64,000 nucleotides of DNA from the NCBI GenBank assembly GCA_964574365.1, contig CAZNND010000008.1:7121-71120 (forward strand). The letters run 5' to 3'. A program made the translations under genes and the position numbers. The notes beneath the pieces were generated by a model, which ran no database searches, was not told the origin of the DNA, and saw only the letters and a program-made list of their open reading frames with translations. Source of the stretch: an uncultured Limnohabitans sp. (GTDB taxonomy: Bacteria; Bacteroidota; Bacteroidia; Cytophagales; Cyclobacteriaceae). The number at the start of each line of letters is the position of its first letter. Positions within the stretch are counted from its first letter, which is position 1. Positions 58,620 through 64,000 of this stretch are shown here, piece by piece.

Positions 58620-58874
58620 GGGAAATCGCTTTTAAAACTTACCATTTTTCCGTCCGACTGAAAAAACAAACCAGTTTCATGTAGTAAACCACGAGAAAAT
58701 TAAGAGCTACTCTACTGTTAAATCGAATAAATTGGGATTTCTCCAAAAAAGACTCAGCCATAATTCTTAATTTTCTCAATGACCGTAATGGTTATAACCC
58801 ACAAGTCTTCAAAAGGAAGGTTCTCGATCCCTTCGTTCCATGTTTTAATAACCAAAAGTTAAAAGCGATTTCCC
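58620..58874 (-). mobile_element. family A MITE-like element, copy 3 (best preserved)
   Basis: Perfect GGGAAATCGCTTTTAA / TTAAAAGCGATTTCCC termini. Nested inverted repeat at 58693-58705 / 58765-58777. Roughly 88-90% identical by eye to the reverse complement of 7383-7634. Confidence 0.8.
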
Positions 58875-58930
58875 TGCCTTGAATATGCTTAAATAGATTC
58901 TAATCGCTAAAATTCATAAATCCTTCGATT

Positions 58931-59374
58931 TCATTCAAGTCCGAAGCTTTTTCTTTTTTCGTCAAAATAATTTTTTAAATCAGGGTAGATAGGACTTTCT
59001 GCTTCTGGAATTCCATCCAGAACCAAGCGCATCGTTCCCTCGAACTGATCCTGATTGAGCTGTATTCCTTCAATAAGATAAATAAACTCTTCCATACTCA
59101 GGGGATCCAAGCAACTTGATGGATAAAATAAATACTCGTTCCCATAAAAATCTACTGCTTCAAATTGAATTTTCCCCTCAAGGGAATGTGCATAAATACT
59201 GATTTGTTCACCCCAGGTACTTTCCGGGTAATGCAATTTGGCCAAAAGGCTTGAAGAAGTTCCCTCGGGGAAGTAGCTAGGTGGCTGAAACTTAAAATCG
59301 ATCATGATATCACCATTTGGATACCAAGATCGTGCATGTTTGGCAGAATACTGGTCTGGAGGTTGTTTTTTCAT
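58931..59374 (-). CDS. hypothetical protein
   Basis: ORF open from 59482. ATG 59374 ([13 protein letters not shown]...) is the more plausible start. No recognisable motif. Confidence 0.5.
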   Translation of the reverse strand: MKKQPPDQYSAKHARSWYPNGDIMIDFKFQPPSYFPEGTSSSLLAKLHYPESTWGEQISIYAHSLEGKIQFEAVDFYGNEYLFYPSSCLDPLSMEEFIYLIEGIQLNQDQFEGTMRLVLDGIPEAESPIYPDLKNYFDEKRKSFGLE

Positions 59375-59591
59375 CTGTTGGAATAGATTCCTTGGGCTTC
59401 TACTTGTTGGTTTCCCCGTTTCAATCAAATTTCGAGACCTCTTGAATGAGGTAGTGGCAATTTTATGGTATCGAGGAAACACAACTGTTTTTTCACATTG
59501 GATTATCGATACTTTAGGCCTATTTTTGGACTTCTTTAGTCAAACCCGGAAATTTTTCCGATTCATCCTATTTGCTTTCAAACCACTGATT

Positions 59592-60860
59592 ATGAAAAGA
59601 GATTCGCTTGTTTTTGACCTGATTTCCAGAGAAGAAGACAGACAAAAAAGAGGCATTGAATTAATAGCTTCCGAAAACTTCACTTCAAAGCAGGTAATGG
59701 AGGCTGCAGGAAGTGTACTGACCAATAAATATGCGGAAGGTCTTCCAGGTAAGCGATATTACGGAGGTTGCGAAGTGGTAGATGAAATCGAGCAGCTTGC
59801 CATTGATCGGGCCAAAAAATTGTTTGGCGCTAATTGGGCTAATGTTCAGCCTCATTCTGGTGCGCAGGCCAATGCAGCGGTCATGTTGGCTTGTTTGAAG
59901 CCTGGTGATGCGATTCTTGGCTTTGATTTGTCACATGGTGGTCACCTAACGCATGGCTCACCCGTTAATTTTTCGGGTAAACTGTATCAGGCTAATTTTT
60001 ATGGTGTTGAGGAAGCTACTGGTTTGATTGATTACGATAAAGTAGAAGAAAAAGCTTTGGCGGTAAAACCAAAAATGCTCATCTGCGGTGCTTCAGCTTA
60101 CTCCAGAGATTGGGATTATGAAAGATTGAGAGAAATTGCAGATGAAGTTGAAGCGATTTTGTTGGCTGATATTTCTCACCCTTCCGGATTAATCGCCAGA
60201 GGACTGTTGAATGATCCCCTGGAGCATTGTCATATTGTAACGACCACGACCCACAAGACCCTCAGAGGTCCTAGAGGAGGATTGATCCTGATGAGGGAGG
60301 ATTTCGATAATCCATGGGGATTGACTACTCCCAAGGGAGAAATTCGAAAAATGTCTTCTCTTCTCGATATGGGCGTATTCCCGGGTACTCAAGGTGGACC
60401 TTTGGAGCATATTATCGCTGCCAAGGCCATTGCATTTGAAGAGGCACTTTCTGATGACTACATGCATTATGTAGTTCAAGTGAAAAAGAATGCCGCTGTC
60501 ATGGCAGCTGAATTTATTTCCCGAGGCTATCAGATTATATCTGGAGGCACGGACAACCATTTGATGCTGATCGACCTTCGAAATAAGGACTTGACAGGTA
60601 AAATCGCAGAAGAAACGCTAGGAAAAGTGGACATCACCATCAATAAAAATATGGTGCCTTTTGACACCAAGTCCCCCTTTGTAACCTCGGGTATGCGCGT
60701 CGGTACTGCCGCTGTTACCACTCGCGGGTTAAAAGAAGAAGATATGAAAAAAATTGTCAGTTTGATTGACAATGCGCTTCTGCACCATGCTGATGAATCA
60801 GCCCTCGCTACTATCAAGGCAGAAGTAAATGACTGGATGGTTCAGTTTCCATTATACTAA
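59592..60860 (+). CDS. glyA: serine hydroxymethyltransferase
   Basis: ELIASENF, the [17 protein letters not shown]-lysine motif, 422 aa from ATG 59592. The track ORF's 96-aa N-terminal extension is antisense to the neighbouring gene and looks non-native. Confidence 0.95.
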   Translation: MKRDSLVFDLISREEDRQKRGIELIASENFTSKQVMEAAGSVLTNKYAEGLPGKRYYGGCEVVDEIEQLAIDRAKKLFGANWANVQPHSGAQANAAVMLACLKPGDAILGFDLSHGGHLTHGSPVNFSGKLYQANFYGVEEATGLIDYDKVEEKALAVKPKMLICGASAYSRDWDYERLREIADEVEAILLADISHPSGLIARGLLNDPLEHCHIVTTTTHKTLRGPRGGLILMREDFDNPWGLTTPKGEIRKMSSLLDMGVFPGTQGGPLEHIIAAKAIAFEEALSDDYMHYVVQVKKNAAVMAAEFISRGYQIISGGTDNHLMLIDLRNKDLTGKIAEETLGKVDITINKNMVPFDTKSPFVTSGMRVGTAAVTTRGLKEEDMKKIVSLIDNALLHHADESALATIKAEVNDWMVQFPLY

Positions 60861-60876
60861 TTATTCTTAGATTAAA

Positions 60877-61722
60877 GTGGCCTTAGATCAATATAAAGAC
60901 GAAGAAGAAGGAATGTCCTTTTTGGATCATTTGGAAGCACTTCGCTACCATATCCTTAGATCGGTAGCAGCAATTCTAATCTTTACCGTGATCGCCTTTT
61001 TGGCGAAAAATATTGTTTTTGGAATCATTATTCTTGGTCCGTCAAAAGCAGACTTTATTACCTATAGAGTTTTGTGTGATCTCGGCAACCTTCTGGGCAT
61101 TTCTGCACTCTGTATTGATGAGTTGCCATTTACAATACAAAGCCGACAGATGACAGGACAGTTTACCATGCACATGACTTCAAGTGTAGTGGTAGGTTTT
61201 ATTGTAGCATTTCCTTATGTGTTTTGGGAAATATGGAGATTTATTAGTCCAGGTCTGTATCAAAAAGAAAAAAATGCCGCAAGAGGTGCTGTATTTTTTG
61301 TCAGTTTCCTTTTCCTATCCGGCGCAGCATTTGGCTATTTCGTTCTTTCGCCCCTTTCTATCAATTTCCTGGCTAACTACCAGCTTGATCCTACTATTTT
61401 AAATGAGTTTGACATAACTTCCTATGTCACCACGCTGACTATGTTGGTTATCGCTTCGGCGATCATGTTTCAGCTTCCCGTGGTGGTCTATTTCCTTTCC
61501 ATGTCTGGATTGGTCACCTCTCGTATGTTGAAGGAATACAGAAGACATTCGATTGTGGTCATTTTGATCGTATCGGCAGTGATCACCCCTCCAGACGTGA
61601 TAAGTCAATTGCTCATTTCTATGCCGATTTTGGTTCTTTACGAGCTTGGGATAATAATTGCCAAAAGACTTGAAAAACAAAAAGCGCTGAAACTTGCGCA
61701 AGAAGAACAAGAACGAGAGTAA
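60877..61722 (+). CDS. tatC: twin-arginine translocase subunit TatC
   Basis: MSFLDHLEALRYHILRS and a 6-TM pattern. The start is either GTG 60877 or ATG 60913. Confidence 0.9.
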   Translation: MALDQYKDEEEGMSFLDHLEALRYHILRSVAAILIFTVIAFLAKNIVFGIIILGPSKADFITYRVLCDLGNLLGISALCIDELPFTIQSRQMTGQFTMHMTSSVVVGFIVAFPYVFWEIWRFISPGLYQKEKNAARGAVFFVSFLFLSGAAFGYFVLSPLSINFLANYQLDPTILNEFDITSYVTTLTMLVIASAIMFQLPVVVYFLSMSGLVTSRMLKEYRRHSIVVILIVSAVITPPDVISQLLISMPILVLYELGIIIAKRLEKQKALKLAQEEQERE

Positions 61723-61745
61723 TAACCAGGGTTATTAAATAGACC

Positions 61746-62180
61746 ATGACCAAAAAAATCGCTATTGGAGGAGATCATGCAGGCTTTGACTATAAAGGCA
61801 AGCTAATTCAAAGACTGCTTAAGTTGGGGTATGAAGTTAAAGACTTTGGTCCCTATTCTAATGATTCCGTTGATTACCCAGATTTTGTTCATCCCCTCTC
61901 TTCAGCCGTGGAGCTTGGTGAGTTTGATTTTGGTATTGTGATCTGTGGAAGTGGAAATGGTGTTGCCATAACAGCAAATAAGCACCAAGGGATTCGTGCT
62001 GCACTTTGTTGGAATGAGGAACTGGCATCTTTATCCAGACAGCATAATAACGCCAATGTACTGGCACTTCCTTCCCGATTTATCACCTATGAAATGGCTG
62101 AAATGCTTACTGAAATGTTCCTTACGACTCCGTTTGAAGGTGGAAGGCATCAAAGCAGGGTAAATAAAATTGCTTGTTGA
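61746..62180 (+). CDS. rpiB: ribose-5-phosphate isomerase B
   Basis: IAIGGDHAGF, ICGSGNGVAITANK and RHQSRVNKI. Confidence 0.9.
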   Translation: MTKKIAIGGDHAGFDYKGKLIQRLLKLGYEVKDFGPYSNDSVDYPDFVHPLSSAVELGEFDFGIVICGSGNGVAITANKHQGIRAALCWNEELASLSRQHNNANVLALPSRFITYEMAEMLTEMFLTTPFEGGRHQSRVNKIAC

Positions 62181-62674
62181 AAAATTCAAAAGCTGATCAG
62201 GATAATTACATCGGGCTCGATTTTTTCTAAATTTTGAAATAAAAAATCCTCTTCAAATCAACTGAGGAGTCAAATGGCACCCCAAAAATTCATATGGATT
62301 ATCATATAGAAGTTTAAATAGAAAAGCAGAGGGGAATTCTGGAAAATTAATATGAAAAGTGGGAAAGACTTTCTTTGTGCTTTTCCTGCTTGACCTGAAA
62401 GAATAAGAAGATTTATTGATCGAATTATAGCCTGATCATCAAGTAACTGACTTCTTTATCTCTCGCTAAGTAGCTAAACTTCTAAGAAAGTTAAATGGTT
62501 AAGTGAATTCTTAGCGGTTTATACAGGTATTACGTATCCTCAAGATTTTACTTCGTATTTTAGGAATTGGTGGTTAGATTAAAAAATGGCAATTGCTTAG
62601 GTAGCGTTGAAAAATCAGGAATGGTTAAAAGCATTGATCCTATTAAGTTTTATTCTATTCTAATGGCTAACCTA

Positions 62675-62774
62675 TTTCTTTGCCACTAAGACACGAAGAG
62701 GGAAAGATAGGGTTTGGTCATCATGGCAACTCTCATTTCTTACTGCCTTAGCGCCTTTGTGGCTAAAAAAAATC
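62675..62774. repeat. degenerate family B fragments (inverted pair)
   Basis: TTTCTTTGCCACTAAGACACGAAGAGGGAAAG at 62675-62706, and an inverted CTTAGCGCCTTTGTGGC at 62747-62763. Confidence 0.45.
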
Positions 62775-63082
62775 AATTGCCTCAGGCACTCCTAAATACT
62801 CGGGAAAGGCACCAAAGCTGAAATGCTAAAGCTTAGGATTCTTATAGTTTGCAAAACAAGCTCAAAGGGGTTTAAAGGAATTTTAGGATCAAGCGATTTT
62901 ATTTCCAAGATTTCCTGGGAACGACCTGGGTTTTTCTGTCTTTCATTCCAAAGAGCTTGATAAATTTGGTTTACCTGTAATCCGAAAATTTGCAGAAGCA
63001 TTTTTTAATCACAGGTAATTCTGGTAAAACGGATTTCCGTGCTACTGTCCGGCTACGTCTTTTTATCATACTTGGAAAGCTT

Positions 63083-63120
63083 ATAAAAAAATCCTGTCAG
63101 TCTATGAATCTGACAGGATT
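63083..63120 (-). terminator. rho-independent terminator after the S8 peptidase gene
   Basis: On the minus strand: AATCCTGTCAG-N9-CTGACAGGATT followed by TTTTTTAT. Confidence 0.75.
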
Positions 63121-63144
63121 TACAAAATACTCAAGGTAAAAATA

Positions 63145-64000
63145 TCAGTTCTTTTGCGAAGCCAATTGTTTGGCCATTATCAGTGCATTATAGAGGTTCG
63201 CTATTTTACCTGACTTACACAGTTGATCAAGTTTTTTTTCTTCTTCGCCTACTACAAAGGATATTGGAACTGTCAATCCTGACTCCATGATGATTTTTTT
63301 CACTTCCGGAGCAGTGAGCTGAGGGAAATAGGAGCGGATAATTGCCGCAACGCCGGCCACAGCCGGGGCGGCCATCGAAGTGCCACCTTGGAAATCATAA
63401 GAATTCCCCGGCATGGTAGAATAAATTCGATCTCCGGGCGCAAAAATGTCCACATTCGTTTTGCCATAATTGGAAAAAGAAGCGATCATGCCGTCTCCAT
63501 ATTCGGGGGATAAAGCCCCCACAGTCAAGTAATTGTTCACGAATTCGAGTTTGTTTTTACCCATATGGTCATTTGGGAAATTGGTAGATTCGGGAAGATC
63601 CAAATCAAGCCCATCATTTCCTGCGGCATGAACAAACAGTACATCCTTGCTTGCTGCGTAACTCAATGCATCAAATACCCATTCAGCTTTTGGGGAGAAT
63701 TTTTTTCCGAAACTAGCATTGATGACGCTAGCTCCGTTATCTACGGCATATCTAATTGCATAGGCAACATCCTTGTCGTATTCATCTCCATCTGGCACTG
63801 CTCTGATGCTCATGATTTTCACCGCTCCAGCGACACCTTTAACCCCTTTTTTATTATTTCTGCTGGCAGCTATGATACCTGCAACATGGGTACCATGGCT
63901 TTCTTCGGGATCCCGAATATTCGGATTTCCATTACCATAACTTGCATCTGAAAAATCATAAGCATTATCACCGACTGGTTTTCGCCCATCAAACTCAAGA
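63145..64000 (-). CDS. S8-family (subtilisin-like) serine peptidase, 3' part; the 5' end lies beyond the window
   Basis: The frame is open to the window end. HGTHVAGIIAA (catalytic His, my own translation of 63880-63920), HAAGNDG and GGTSMAAPAVAG (catalytic Ser). Confidence 0.9.
   Translation of the reverse strand, partial: LEFDGRKPVGDNAYDFSDASYGNGNPNIRDPEESHGTHVAGIIAASRNNKKGVKGVAGAVKIMSIRAVPDGDEYDKDVAYAIRYAVDNGASVINASFGKKFSPKAEWVFDALSYAASKDVLFVHAAGNDGLDLDLPESTNFPNDHMGKNKLEFVNNYLTVGALSPEYGDGMIASFSNYGKTNVDIFAPGDRIYSTMPGNSYDFQGGTSMAAPAVAGVAAIIRSYFPQLTAPEVKKIIMESGLTVPISFVVGEEEKKLDQLCKSGKIANLYNALIMAKQLASQKN

Noticed and set aside
59304-59591. 96-aa N-terminal extension of glyA in the track ORF. 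Similar extensions occur for SOD (41116), mutS (46011), the ppiD-like gene (53253), the fasciclin gene (23776) and the 5575 ORF.
   Set aside because: The extensions lack homology-like sequence, overlap neighbouring genes or terminators, and internal ATGs give canonical N-termini.
62792-63001. 69-aa minus-strand ORF as a real gene (a transposase or toxin fragment was considered).
   Set aside because: No motif is recognised, the start codon immediately follows a stop, and there is no RBS-like or promoter context. It is kept only as part of the finding on the long non-coding tract.

Overview
The window looks like a 64-kb stretch of a Bacteroidota chromosome, probably Cytophagia or Cyclobacteriaceae-like, at roughly 40% GC. 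That assignment is inferred from gene content: a long Bacteroidetes-type IleS, a CarboxypepD_reg-type TonB receptor, a GldE-like CNNM protein, a SPOR lipoprotein, and TTTG/TAnnTTTG-like promoters. Most of it is ordinary housekeeping backbone: lspA-ileS, secA, dapF, mutS, glyA, tatC, rpiB, coaX, anmK, rlmH, rsmI, lptC, a ppiD-like gene, wecB, tRNA-Gly and tRNA-Leu. I found no convincing multi-gene novel system such as defence, CRISPR, prophage or biosynthetic loci. Four things stand out. (1) Two families of non-coding, inverted-repeat-bounded, multi-copy elements fill almost every large intergenic gap. Family A has GGGAAATCGCTTTTAA termini and about 255 bp, at 7.4-7.85 kb and 58.6 kb. Family B has a TTTGCCAGTRGAAAATAAA...GAACCAC core plus 9-mer iterations, at 5.0, 13.7-14.6, 23.6, 25.95-26.5 and 62.7 kb. 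(2) A decayed surface-polysaccharide locus (lipoprotein, Wzi-like, GT2; 17.5-20.6 kb) carries five in-frame stops and three frameshifts. (3) A TPR sensor histidine kinase is broken by three in-frame stops and two probable frameshifts, next to an intact LuxR-type response regulator. (4) A RES/Xre(DUF2384) toxin-antitoxin pair is present. There is also a beta-helix lipoprotein plus TonB-dependent receptor pair of unknown substrate, downstream of an orphan moxR. All product calls come from reading the supplied translations for motifs. No database search was run.
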